64,000 nt of DNA, from assembly GCA_964016885.1 (NCBI GenBank), contig OZ024746.1, forward strand, positions 56,854,001-56,918,000. Direction: 5' to 3'. Numbering within the stretch: the stretch's first letter is position 1; every line of letters begins with the position of its first letter. Under the pieces are notes generated by a model that saw nothing but the letters and a program-made list of their open reading frames with translations, was not told the DNA's origin and did no database searches. The stretch is from Eledone cirrhosa. Its lineage: Eukaryota. Of the stretch, positions 1 through 12,064 are shown piece after piece. Both the position numbers and the translations under genes were made by a program.

Positions 1-461
1 CGTTTCTAACCTTGCCAACATTCAAAGGCGTATGAGATTGTCATTTTAGAGTCTTCTAAAAGTGACTACGAAATTGTTTCCATTTGTCATTTGTCATGGC
101 CATCTAAAAGGCACGATGGCAATCTTTCATTTTCGCAGTGAACTTTATTTATCTGAATAGGTCAAGTGAAGTCGTTGGCAAAATTTCTTTTGAAACGTGC
201 GTTTATATCAGTGGCTTGTAGATCGTTTTCTTGTTGTAATCACTAGCTCGTTTTATTTCGGATTATCGATTTGAACAAAAATTCAATATATAAGACTTTC
301 GGAATAGATTTAGAACAGTGATGTGATTAAGTTAGTAGTACATTGGAAGATATCGTGGAGATTTGCAATCAATAAGCCTATATTATCAAGGTTCTACTCG
401 TTTCAATATATTTTTTTGTAATCAAAATTAATAGAACCGGTATTATGTGCGGATATGTGAA

Positions 462-570
462 GTAATGGTTAGGGTGTTGGGCTCACAATCATAAGATCAT
501 AGTTTCAATACCTGGAATTGTTGGCACATTGTTTTCTTGAGCAAGACGCTTCGTTTTACGTTACCTCTGG
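462..570 (+). mobile_element. Degenerate tRNA-derived SINE head remnant
   Basis: Box A-like GTAATGGTTAGGG and box B-like GTTTCAATACC, followed by a CORE-like TCTTGAGCAAGACGCTT segment. Confidence 0.4.
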
Positions 571-789
571 GGTTTTATCAATAAAACTCCCACAACAATC
601 CCATGGGCAATATGCCTGTAGAAGGCTGGCTAAATACACGTAGGTGTGAACTGTATAAACATCAACAACATGATATTAGTAGATCCTCGCTCCACTAAGC
701 ACTTAGAAATCTATTAATGGATGCAATTTCATAGCAGGCGATGCAAATCTGCATCGGAATGAGCTATATCATTAAATACATTACATTTT

Positions 790-1580
790 GTTGCGCAATC
801 CTGACCATGTCCATACACGACAACCTCCACCTCATGCGACACATCAGAGAGAGGGTAGGGAGTAAAACCTTCTCGCCGTGTCTATGATACATTTAGCTAA
901 ACCAAAATGTTTAAATATGGTCGACCATTAATTCTTGGTGGCTGTCTTCAAGGCAGATCTCTTTGTTTACGTCTTCAGAGGCAAACCATGCCATTATAGT
1001 TCGACGAATGGCCTGGTGACTTTCTTCGGGGTTAGACATTGATGTGAATCTTTCAAATTCCTCTAAGAAGTTGCTGACTACCTTCATTTCTGAGGTTTCG
1101 CAACTATCACACCGTTGTCGTTGGTTGTGTTGTTGGTTTTAGCAGTGATAGTGTCTGCAAATGAGGTACTGTTGTGGATGTGTCTGTATATGTTGTGTGA
1201 GTGGTTTCCTCGGCGGATGGCAGGATAAATTTGCTCGGGGTCTGGTTTGAACCAGAGTTCCAGGTGGATAAGTACTGTGACGAGGTAAGGAGCATTGTCA
1301 CCAGCCTCACCCAAATTGAGATGAGCCGAGAAAAAACTATTCTTGAAATGTCGAATGGAGGTGGTGAACGTGTACACCACGCCTGTCAACTCATACCGCC
1401 TGAACCTAGAGTATTTAGCTTAATTGCTATGAATAATTGTTTTGTCCTTCGTCTTATACTCCACCGAACAGCGTTGACCTTTTTTTCAGCCTCTGGTAGG
1501 GTTCAAATCTGCCAATCTCCACCTCAACGGCCGATACACACTGGAGTTCTCTGTCGTTTGTATTTGTATTAAAAAAAACT
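790..1580 (+). mobile_element. Highly degenerate Tx1/L1 ORF2 fragments
   Basis: CACGACAACCTCCACCTCATGCGA at ~816 matches 12728 in the longer LINE; ORF 1201..1572 contains INLLGVWFEPEFQVDKYCDEV, similar to VKLLGVWFGPDLQTDKNWDEV. Confidence 0.75.
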
Positions 1581-1664
1581 TCTGATGGTTTCCCTCTAAA
1601 AAAACTCTTTTTCGTTTTGCCTTCTTTCCGACATTCTTTTATCCTCTCTTTGATACTTTTCCTA

Positions 1665-1735
<71 letters not shown>

Positions 1736-1804
1736 AAAAAAATCAATCTTTGTTTAAACTTTAATCTGTTATTTGTTACATATTTGCTCTAGGGTATATT
1801 TGAT

Positions 1805-3536
1805 AGCACTCTTATTCGATATGTGTATTTCCACATTCCCTCGAATTGTTTTCGCGGATATAGAGGTTATCTCCCTTGTCTAATGCCATGTGCGTTTTTC
1901 ACTGGTAGTTAGCCCCTTTTCCGCTAGGAAAAAAGCTCGTTGAGAAAGTAAACTCCGTTCCGCTTACTCTAGTAGGCTTTTATATTTATATGTGAGCTGA
2001 TAGAGTACAGTCTAAGGATTTACAGAAACCCATGAAGCTAGATTTAACACCTTTCTAGTGGGTCCGGGTATGATTTTACATTCATTTAAATTATTGATGT
2101 ATTGTTTTATTGATATTTTTTATCTGTTTGTCCCGAATCTTCTATTATCGATTTTTTATCGTATGGTTGATTGTAGACTTGTTCTATATGTGACGGTATT
2201 TTAACGATAGTTATAGCTCTGATTCATCTGAATTATTGAGCCCTCTGCCGCTCATTTCGAATTTTGTTTATCGTGAACTCGTGCGCCGATTTTTCGATAC
2301 TCGATCTTTCTAATACTTTTAGCTCTGGACATAGCTATCCACCAGTTAATTTTATTGCTCATTTTTTGTCGATTCTATTGAGTGATGAATAGCTTTTGTT
2401 TTTTTTAACATGTCTATTGAGCACTCTTATTCGATATGTGAATTTCCACATTCCCTCGAATTGTTTTCGCGGATATAGAGGTTATCTCCCTTGTCTAATG
2501 CCATGTGCGTTTTTCACTGGTAGTTAGCCCCTTTTCCGCTAGGAAAAAAGCTCGTTGAGAAAGTAAACTCCGTTCCGCTTACTCTAGTAGGCTTTTATAT
2601 TTATATGTGAGCTGATAGAGTACAGTCTAAGGATTTACAGAAACCCATGAAGCTAGATTTAACACCTTTCTAGTGGGTCCGGGTATGATTTTACATTCAT
2701 TTAAATTATTGATGTATTGTTTTATTGATATTTTTTATCTGTTTGTCCCGAATCTTCTATTATCGATTTTTTATCGTATGGTTGATTGTAGACTTGTTCT
2801 ATATGTGACGGTATTTTAACGATAGTTATAGCTCTGATTCATCTGAATTATTGAGCCCTCTGCCGCTCATTTCGAATTTTGTTTATCGTGAACTCGTGCG
2901 CCGATTTTTCGATACTCGATCTTTCTAATACTTTTAGCTCTGGACATAGCTATCCACCAGTTAATTTTATTGCTCATTTTTTGTCGATTCTATTGAGTGA
3001 TGAATAGCTTTTGTTTTTTTTAACATGTCTATTGAGCACTTTTATTCGATATGTGAATTTCCACATTCCCTCGAATTGTTTTCGCGGATATAGAGGTTAT
3101 CTCCCTTGTCTAATGCCATGTGCGTTTTTCACTGGTAGTTAGCCCCTTTTCCGCTAGGAAAAAAGCTCGTTGAGAAAGTAAACTCCGTTCCGCTTACTCT
3201 AGTAGGCTTTTATATTTATATGTGAGCTGATAGAGTACAGTCTAAGGATTTACAGAAACCCATGAAGCTAGATTTAACACCTTTCTAGTGGGTCCGGGTA
3301 TGATTTTACATTCATTTAAATTATTGATGTATTGTTTTATTGATATTTTTTATCTGTTTGTCCCGAATCTTCTATTATCGATTTTTTATCGTATGGTTGA
3401 TTGTAGACTTGTTCTATATGTGACGGTGTTTTAACGATAGTTATAGCTCTGATTCATCTGAATTATTGAGCCCTCTGCCGCTCATTTCGAATTTTGTTTA
3501 TCGTGAACTCGTGCGCCGATTTTTCGATACTCGATC

Positions 3537-3545
<9 letters not shown>
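1805..3545 (+). repeat. Tandem array of a 615-bp non-coding unit (~2.8 near-identical copies)
   Basis: GCACT[C/T]TTATTCGATATGTG recurs at 1806, 2421 and 3036 (period 615); array ends in (TA)n. Confidence 0.97.
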
Positions 3546-3600
<55 letters not shown>

Positions 3601-3609
3601 ATATATATA

Positions 3610-3663
<54 letters not shown>

Positions 3664-3777
3664 TCAAATAAATATATATATATATATAGTAAACAATTGA
3701 ACGGGAACAAAACAGAGAGGCAGTACGAACAAAGGTTTATTAGTTTCACGCTCTTGAGAGTGGGGTGGTGGTGGGGA

Positions 3778-3810
3778 ACGACGTTTCGGGCATATTCCCT
3801 TCTTCAGGTG
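3778..3810 (-). ncRNA. Minimal hammerhead ribozyme motif
   Basis: Minus strand: AC CUGAAGA AGGG-AAUAUG-CCC GAAAC GUC GU; stem I is only 2 bp. Confidence 0.7.
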
Positions 3811-5308
3811 AAAAGTGTGGGAAAGAGAGTTCCAAGTGTGTGTAGGGGAGTGGTGGAGAGAGATATAGAAAAAAGAGGGTGAGAGGAAACGGTACAAATG
3901 AAATTAAATATAAAAGCATAATAAAAATAAAAATAAAAATGAAGTAAAACAGGTGGTAGAAGGGTGTGGGGCGTGTAGGGGTGGTGGCGGGTGGAGTGGG
4001 GAGAGGGAGGCGGGGTTGCGAGCGGGGAGGGCTGAAGGTGGTGTGTGTGTGTAGGTGTACGTGTGTGTGTGTGTATGTGTATGTGAAAGTAAGAGTTGGG
4101 GGAAGAACGGGGTTGCATGTTCAGGATGAGGTGTGTGTGGGGTGGGGTGTACGTCGGTGTGTGTGTGCGTGTGTGGATGGGGAGGGGTGGGGGATAGGAT
4201 TCCGGAGGCTGAGTGTGTAAATATGTGGTGGTACGCACGTGTGTGTGTGGTGTTTATGCCTGTTGTGGATGTAAATGGCGTGTGGGAAAAAAAAAAATTG
4301 TTTAGTGTATGTCAGTGGGTGATTCATTAAGTTAGTTCCGTAGAGGATGAGGTGGAAAGCTGGGTAATATCCTTGGGATGTGGTAGATTCTAGGGATCGA
4401 TGTTCAATATGTGTAATCCGTGGTTGGTCGGAAGAGGGGAGATGTGGGGTGCGCGCGCAATAGGAAGTGGTCAGATGGTCAGGCAGGAGGAGGGTTGTGT
4501 GTCTGTGTGTGCGGGGAGGTAGTCAGAGATAAGGGCATAGCAGCAGTCACGTAGAATGGTAAGTGAAGAAAGTCGGTGTGTCAGTGTGTGCGGAGGTGCG
4601 GTGGACAGAGGAGAGGATGGGTAGGTGTGAACAATGGATTGAGGAGGGGGTATGTGTGTATTAGTAGAGGTGTTAGTGGCATGTGTGTGTGTGTGTGAAA
4701 AAGGGTGTGGGTGGTGCGGGGAGAGAAGGGTGTGGGGCCGGTGGAGGGAGTGTGGTGTACTGGTATGTGTGTGCGTGTTTGGATGAGTGTGTGTGTGGTG
4801 AAGGGGGTGTTACTGGGCGTTAGTATACTGAATGTGGGGAAAGGGTTGAATACGGGTGTGAGTGGTGGTCAGTGGTTGTAGGGTGTGTAGAGTGAGTGGT
4901 CTAAGTGGGTGTGTGTGTTCGTGTGCGTAGGGTTGGGGGTGTTAGTGATGTTAGATGCGTGTAGAGTGGGTGGTGTAAGTGGGTGTGTATGTTCGTGTGC
5001 GTGGGTTCTAGGGGTGTTAGTGATGTTAGTTGCGGGGTGGTGGGGTGGATGTGTAGAGGTGAGGGTTAGTGGTGGTAGTAGGGTGTGTGTTTAGTGTGAA
5101 CGCGTGTATATATGTACCGGTGGGTGTGTGCGTGTGATAAGGGGAGGGGAGGAGAAGAAGGGAGCGATGTTAGTATGTTCGTTGGAGAAGGGTAGTCGAG
5201 TTAGGGGTGGAGGTGTTAGTATTGTTAGTTGTGGGTGGGCGGTGAAAAGGAGGGGTGTGTTAGTGGTGTTAGTGGGGGATATGTGTGGGTGGAGGGGGCG
5301 GTCGAAGG

Positions 5309-5632
5309 CTAAATGAATAAGGGTGGGGAGTTCAGGCCGGGGGGAGTGTGGGTCTGTAGGGGGAACAGGGTTCGTTGTTCGACCCTGAGGAGAGTGGCGG
5401 GTGTTCCGTGGCATTGGAGTAGGCCACAGACTGTGACGTGGTGTGTGGAATGTCCGGGGGCACCAAAGTGGCGGGCGATGGGGGAACTACCACCAAGACG
5501 AATATCTCGGAGGTTTTCGGTAAAATGGTCCGCCAGGCGACGTCCAGTCTGTCCGACGATGTTGCGCTGCACTCCGTGCAGCGAAGTCCGTACACTAGGT
5601 TGGAGGAGGTGCAGCGGAAGGCATACCGTGCG
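5309..5632 (-). pseudogene. PLE GIY-YIG endonuclease C-terminal fragment
   Basis: ORFs 5332..5727 and 5309..5572 join across a frameshift to give the LVY..C..C / VGQT motif and CCHH residues. Confidence 0.85.
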
Positions 5633-5946
5633 TATATATATATATATATATATAAAAACAAATAACGAAACGAAATTAAATTTCGTTTCGTTTGTAACTC
5701 ACTTTTGTATGACTGACGCTTAAACAATTAAGTTAAAAATGTACATCCACATATGTATACTGAAATACTAGTATGCATATGAATACACACACGTATACAT
5801 ATGTAGATGTACCGAGTTTTTCACTGGTCACTTTACTGTGAGTGTCCAGCTATTCTGTATGTAAACACACAGACAAACCGGTTTTTAGAGTCATACTGGT
5901 TTTTGAGGAAACACCTTTCCTCTATTCTTCAGAAAGCCAAACAAGG

Positions 5947-5991
5947 AATATTGAACTAGTTTCGTTGTTGTTACAACTCATCAGCAATATT
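5947..5991 (-). ncRNA. Type I hammerhead ribozyme, intact core
   Basis: AAUAUUG CUGAUGA GUUG-UAACAA-CAAC GAAAC UA GUU^ CAAUAUU: 7-bp stem I, 4-bp stem II, palindromic ACUAGU stem III. Confidence 0.9.
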
Positions 5992-6412
5992 TACCTATCT
6001 TCCGGCCTTTCTAGAGAATCGTAAAAGCACATATCGTTATATGCTTTTTCTATGAAAATTAGTAGTGGGCAGACTAATTTGCATAGAGCGTGAGTACGTA
6101 CCGGTTCAACGGAGACGATAAAAACAAATAACGAAACGAAATTAAATTTCGTTTCGTTTGTAACTCACTTTTGTATGACTGGCGCTTAAACAATTAAGTT
6201 AAAAATGTACATCCACATATGTATACTGAAATACTAGTATGCATATGAATACACACACGTATACATATGTAGATGTACCGAGTTTTTCACTGGTCACTTT
6301 ACTGTGAGTGTCCAGCTATTCTGTATGTAAACACACAGACAAACCGGTTTTTAGAGTCATACTGGTTTTTGAGGAAACACCTTTCCTCTATTCTCCAGAA
6401 AGCCAAACAAGG

Positions 6413-6457
6413 AATATTGAACTAATTTCGTTGTTGTTACAACTCATCAGCAATATT
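6413..6457 (-). ncRNA. Hammerhead ribozyme, second unit copy (stem III C>U wobble)
   Basis: Same as 5947-5991 except GAAAU UA GUU. Confidence 0.8.
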
Positions 6458-6878
6458 TACCTATCTTCCGGCCTTTCTAGAGAATCGTAAAAGCACATAT
6501 CGTTATATGCTTTTTCTATGAAAATTAGTAGTGGGCAGACTAATTTGCATAGAGCGTGAGTACGTACCGGTTCAACGGAGACGATAAAAACAAATAACGA
6601 AACGAAATTAAATTTCGTTTCGTTTGTAACTCACTTTTGTATGACTGACGCTTAAACAATTAAGTTAAAAATGTACATCCACATATGTATACTGAAATAC
6701 TAGTATGCATATGAATATACACACGTATACATATGTAGATGTACCGAGTTTTTCACTGGTCACTTTACTGTGAGTGTCCAGCTATTCTGTATGTAAACAC
6801 ACAGACAAACCGGTTTTTAGAGTCATACTGGTTTTTGAGGAAACACCTTTCCTGTATTCTCCAGAAAGCCAAACAAGG

Positions 6879-6923
6879 AATATTGAACTAGTTTAGTTGT
6901 TGTTACAACTCATCAGCAATATT
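6879..6923 (-). ncRNA. Hammerhead ribozyme, third unit copy, G12U mutant (probably inactive)
   Basis: GAAAC has become UAAAC (plus strand GTTTAG instead of GTTTCG). Confidence 0.75.
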
Positions 6924-7373
6924 TACCTATCTTCCGGCCTTTCTAGAGAATCGTAAAAGCACATATCGTTATATGCTTTTTCTATGAAAATTAGTAGTGG
7001 GCAGACTAATTTGCATAGAGCGTGAGTACGTACCGGTTCAACGGAGACGATAAAAACAAATAACGAAACGAAATTAAATTTCGTTTCGTTTGTAACTCAC
7101 TTTTGTATGACTGACGCTTAAACAATTAAGTTAAAAATGTACATCCACATATGTATACTGAAATACTAGTATGCATATGAATACACACACGTATACATAT
7201 GTAGATGTACCGAGTTTTTCACTGGTCACTTTACTGTGAGTGTCCAGCTATTCTGTATGTAAACACACAGACAAACCGGTTTTTAGAGTCATACTGGTTT
7301 TTGAGGAAACACCTTTCCTCTATTCTCTAGAAAGGCCGGAAGATAGGTAAATATTGCATTTTTAACTTAATTG

Positions 7374-7960
<587 letters not shown>

Positions 7961-7974
7961 GTACATATATATAT

Positions 7975-8170
7975 AGGAACGAGTAGGACCCCGACGGCTG
8001 AGCTCAAGCCGTATCAACGGCTAATTCTGAGTTCAGAATCAGCCTTCGATACGGCTTGAGCTCAGCCGTCGGGTCCTACTCGTTCCTATTACCCACTCTA
8101 CTACCCTAAGTATTAAGTAATGTGGTGCGTTATGGGCCCATCTGGTTCCTTACCACATTTCCTTCGTTAT
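7975..8170. repeat. Foldback repeat, family Y
   Basis: AGGAACGAGTAGGACCC...GGGTCCTACTCGTTCCT arms of ~60 bp; homologues at 18313, 46010 and 52683; TA-flanked. Confidence 0.85.
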
Positions 8171-8197
8171 ATATATATAATATGTATATATATATAT

Positions 8198-8748
8198 AAC
8201 AACTAGAAATTGATTAACATATAAATAAACATATGAAACAATCACAGGGGATAATTTTTGCAAGTGTGTAAGCACACATAGCTAGTTAGGTAACTAAATA
8301 AACTTCAAAAATAGATACCTTATAATATGATTAATCTTCCCTGCATATATTCCATTAAAGAAATATATTTCACCAATTAATCGAATGGTAAACCACGGAG
8401 GCCGATACTTGGATTTTCAACAAGGAAGAAATCCAGTCATCTGTGTTTACGCATTAAGTTCAAATCAGCGACTGGCCAGTAACACGTGCTGTATCTACTA
8501 AAAATACACACATCATACCAGCTTCGTCCCAGTGGCGTGATTATGGTTATCGACAACTAGAAACAGCAGTCAAGTCCTGTCAACAGAGTTAACTCTACAA
8601 ATAAGGAGCCGTATTTATATATCTATATCCAAAATTAAGATAAATCAAAGTGAATTTAATCTAAATCAAAATTATGGGTGTCATGCCTTTCTGGCATGAC
8701 ACCCATAATTTTGATTTATATTAAATTCACTCTGATTTACCTTAATTT

Positions 8749-8752
<4 letters not shown>
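8198..8752. repeat. TA-flanked repeat family Z with foldback at 8622-8752
   Basis: AAAATTATGGGTGTCATGCC / GGCATGACACCCATAATTTT arms; homologous to 35630-36035. Confidence 0.8.
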
Positions 8753-8816
<64 letters not shown>

Positions 8817-9019
8817 TGTATGTATAGTATATTTGGCATTATATCGTAAGTTTAATTAAAAACATTTAGAAGACCATTCGCTATTAGTTTTAAAGTAGTG
8901 ACTATGTCACTTAGTTCCTTTCGGTGAAAATAAGCCTGTTTCTGGCTGGTTGGCGTTTAACAAAACCACACACTTGCGCAGACATTAGCATTCCTTCTGT
9001 AGATTTTTTTTAAGGTCTC

Positions 9020-9778
9020 CTCTTCCCAACTTGTATCCTGCTCTCACTTTTCGCAATATTGCCCTGATAACAGGGAAAGGTCAAACAGCAGAGAGGACAA
9101 ATTATCTCCCTGGAAGATACCTCTCTTGACCTTCACGCCTCCCAAGGATTCTTCACCCGATGTTAAATCTGTTATCCAGGACTTCATACTTTTGTTCAAC
9201 AACTGTCTGATGTTATCTGCCACCTTGAAGATCTCTAGGCTTTTCGTTATCCAAGAATGAGGTACCATGTCGAATGCCTTTTTGTAATCTATCCATCCCA
9301 TGGCAAGACCGGTGTGCCTCCTCTTGCAATTCCTCATTACCATCTTATCAATAAGTAACTAGTATTTTGTACCGCGGGACTTCTTTCGGCATCCATTCTG
9401 TTCGTCCGGTAACATGTTGTTTACGTGGAGGTGATGGTTGATTTCCTTAGACACAATATTTGTTAACTGTTTCCACATCACGGACAGACATGTGATAGGC
9501 TTATAGTAGGTAACATCATTACCCTTGATTTGGTCTTTGATTACCAGAACTGTGGTACCTTTTATCAACCACTCTGGTACTACACCCGACATCAAGCAGT
9601 CATTGAACATGGTTGTCAGTTTCGGGTGGAGGGATGTTATATGTTTAATCCAATACCCCTGCACACCATCTGGGCTTGGTGATTTCTAGTTGGTTAGTGT
9701 TTTGGCCTGCCTTTTAAGAGTTTCAACTGTGATACTCAAAACAGTTTGTTGGTGTGCTTGTTCACTAATCTCCTTTTG
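9020..9778 (-). mobile_element. R4/Dong-like non-LTR RT fragment, disrupted
   Basis: YKPITCLSVMWK, EQNGCRKKSRGTK, WIDYKKAFDMVPHSWI and GIFQGDNLS motifs; in-frame stops. Confidence 0.8.
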
Positions 9779-10175
9779 TACTGTGAGCTGAGGAGCGGTG
9801 GCGCTGCTGAGAAAGGATCCGAACAAGGGGGATAACATAGATAATTTCAGGCCCCTAACACTAATAAACACAGAGTTCAAGATTTTGGTCAAGGTGCTAG
9901 CAAAGAGGTTGGCGCTTGTCGTTGGTGGTCTGGTGGCAGAGGCGCAGGCATGCACCATTCCCGACAAATTCACCACAACCTGGCACGAGTGGGTCCTTGA
10001 TCAATTTAGATCAGTCGAAAGCTTTCGATAGGGTCGACCATCGTTACATAGCGGCAGTCCTGAGGGCGGCTGGCTTTGGGCCCGTCTTCAGAGGCTGGAT
10101 CGCTGCCATGCACAGCGACATCTGCTCTGTGGTGAGAGTGAACGGTCCCCTGTCGGAACCGTTCAACATCATGCG
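9779..10175 (+). mobile_element. Internally deleted Tx1 RT fragment, same family as the adjacent LINE
   Basis: Near-identical to ~12533-12975 with a deletion; FRPLTLINTEFKIL and LINLDQSKAFDRVDH. Confidence 0.9.
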
Positions 10176-10347
10176 ATATTTTAAATTTGTCTCAGGCAGA
10201 CATTCATTTCCCGCCATTACCAATGACTGCAGGTGTTAAAGCCTCCACCACCACCACCACCGCGACAACCCCCCCCCCCCCACCACCACCACCACCGCGA
10301 CAACAGTAACAAAAGAAGAAAAAAATAAATTAACTCGTGATGTCGAA

Positions 10348-12021
10348 ATGAAATCAAGCAAAATGGACTCTTCCCCACCAAAGACGACTGACGTCACCAC
10401 CACCACAACTGAAACAAAAATTAATATTAACACAAATAACGATAGCAACAACAACAACAATGACATTATAACCCCCCCCCTCAGTTTCGCCAGGGTAGCA
10501 AAGCAGTTCGAAGCATTTACGGTAACTCAGGAGGATTTAGAAAATGCCAAACAACTGGTAAAGAAAGATGGGTACAGGGTCAGCCTCACCCCCCCCACAC
10601 ACCTAATAAAATGGAGCATCGGCGCCTATGCACAGTGTCGTATCGAATAATAAATGTAAAATCGCGCAGAGTGGAACGGGCATCCGAGTCCCAAATCCAA
10701 AAAGCTTTGGGACATGTGTGGGCAAGAAAAACCCACATCAGGCGTGGGCAGAAGTATGGAACCGTGGACGTGTTCTTTGAAACACCAGAGGAGGCTAGAG
10801 AACACTCCATGGCCCCATTAAGAAGTGACGACTTCACCCTTGTCCCAAGCTATTGTGACCAGAGACTCGTAAAGATCAGGCTGACCCACGTTCCACCGGC
10901 CATCGAAATTCCCTGGCTAATAGCGGCCGTCCTCGCCGGCATCGAAGACAACACAAAAATAATAACAATAGCAAAAGAAAAGCAGGAGAACTGGTCCGGA
11001 TCTGGGATGGAGCTCCTGATCCAAGCGGACCAAAAAAGCAATGAGGAGATCCCAGAGGTAATAGACCTCACTGACGGCAGCCACCTCACGGTAATTGTCG
11101 AGGGCAGAAGACCTAGGTGTGTCGTTTGTGGTGAAGGAACCCACCTAAGGGCTTTCTGCCCTCAGGCTAAAAGGTTGAGGCCACCTCTCCTACCCACCCC
11201 AGTGACACAACCATCAACACCACCAGTAGCAGAGATGGCAGCAACAACTGTAGCAGCAACAACAGAAGCAACTATAACAGCAACAACCCCAGCAACAGTA
11301 GCAAAACCAACACCACCACCACCCAACGCTTCAGAACTAGCACCAGCGCCTACACCATCCACCACGCCACAACCAAAACTAACGCCTGTGGAGGATTTTC
11401 CACTCCCCGGCCTATCACAACTGGAGACAGATTGTGACGACGAGGAGTGGGAAACGATATCCGGAAAAAAGAAGAAACCAAAAAAGAAAAAATTCTCTTC
11501 CTTCCCCCTCCAAAAACAAAATACAGAGGGAAACAAATAAACTAAGAAACAAAAAAGTTAGGACATATATGCCAACATCCACACCAGCATCACCAACCCC
11601 ATCAACCCAAACACCAACACCATCATCATCATTAACTCCAACACCACCATCACCTACACCACAAAAGTCACCAAAATGCAAAACAGAAACAAACCCACAA
11701 CAAACGCAAACAAAACAAAACAACCAAAACGATACACACTACACAGCATTAAATTTGAACAACAAGCAATTATTACACTACATCCAACACAACACCAGCA
11801 TCACAGAAAAAGACTACACAACAACCCCAAAATTCACACCACCTCTACACATACAAATCACTCACATCACACAGAAAACGTACATGACACTAAAGCAAAA
11901 ATTCCCCAAAGACATCGGATACTTCCGACAAGCACTCTCCAGGAGGATTTATAAGGACATCCTTCCTGAGGAGGGCACAAGCAGTGAAAAGGATGGAAAA
12001 ACCGTCCTTCCTCTACGATAA
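10348..12021 (+). pseudogene. Tx1 ORF1 (zinc knuckle, Pro/Thr-rich), split by probable frameshifts
   Basis: SFARVAK N-terminal motif; CVVCGEGTHLRAFC CCHC knuckle; WETISGKKKK; three overlapping ORFs switch frame near homopolymer runs. Confidence 0.8.
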
Positions 12022-12064
12022 GTAAGGTAAGTGGTCTTTCCCATCTTTTCCACTCCTTTTCAAC

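Larger units (their letters stand above)
3688..5632 (-). mobile_element. 5'-truncated Penelope-like element (Neptune-like): GIY-YIG end, CA-rich 3' UTR, pLTR with HHR
   Basis: Frameshifted FRCTSSNLVYGLRCTEC / IVGQTGRRLADHF...PIARHF...H...EQ..PPGLN; (TA)n at both ends. Confidence 0.88.
5652..7375 (-). mobile_element. Tandem array of a 466-bp HHR-containing non-coding unit (~3.6 copies), retrozyme/tandem-pLTR-like
   Basis: AAAAACAAATAACGAAACG recurs with its first C at 5659, 6125, 6591 and 7057; one HHR per full unit; short inverted fragments at 7325-7375; (TA)n on both sides. Confidence 0.93.

Noticed and set aside
2380-2427. GTGATGA...TTGA stem at the 615-unit junction as a C/D box or SECIS
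   Set aside because: Inner helix is only ~4 bp, the D box is imperfect and the spacing is wrong.
5842-6490. Repeated 60-aa ORF in the 466-bp unit
   Set aside because: GTG start, broken by a stop in the third unit, antisense to the ribozyme, no recognisable motif.
1805-7375. Tandem arrays as CRISPR arrays
   Set aside because: Units are 466-615 bp with no unique spacers, no cas genes, and the context is eukaryotic.
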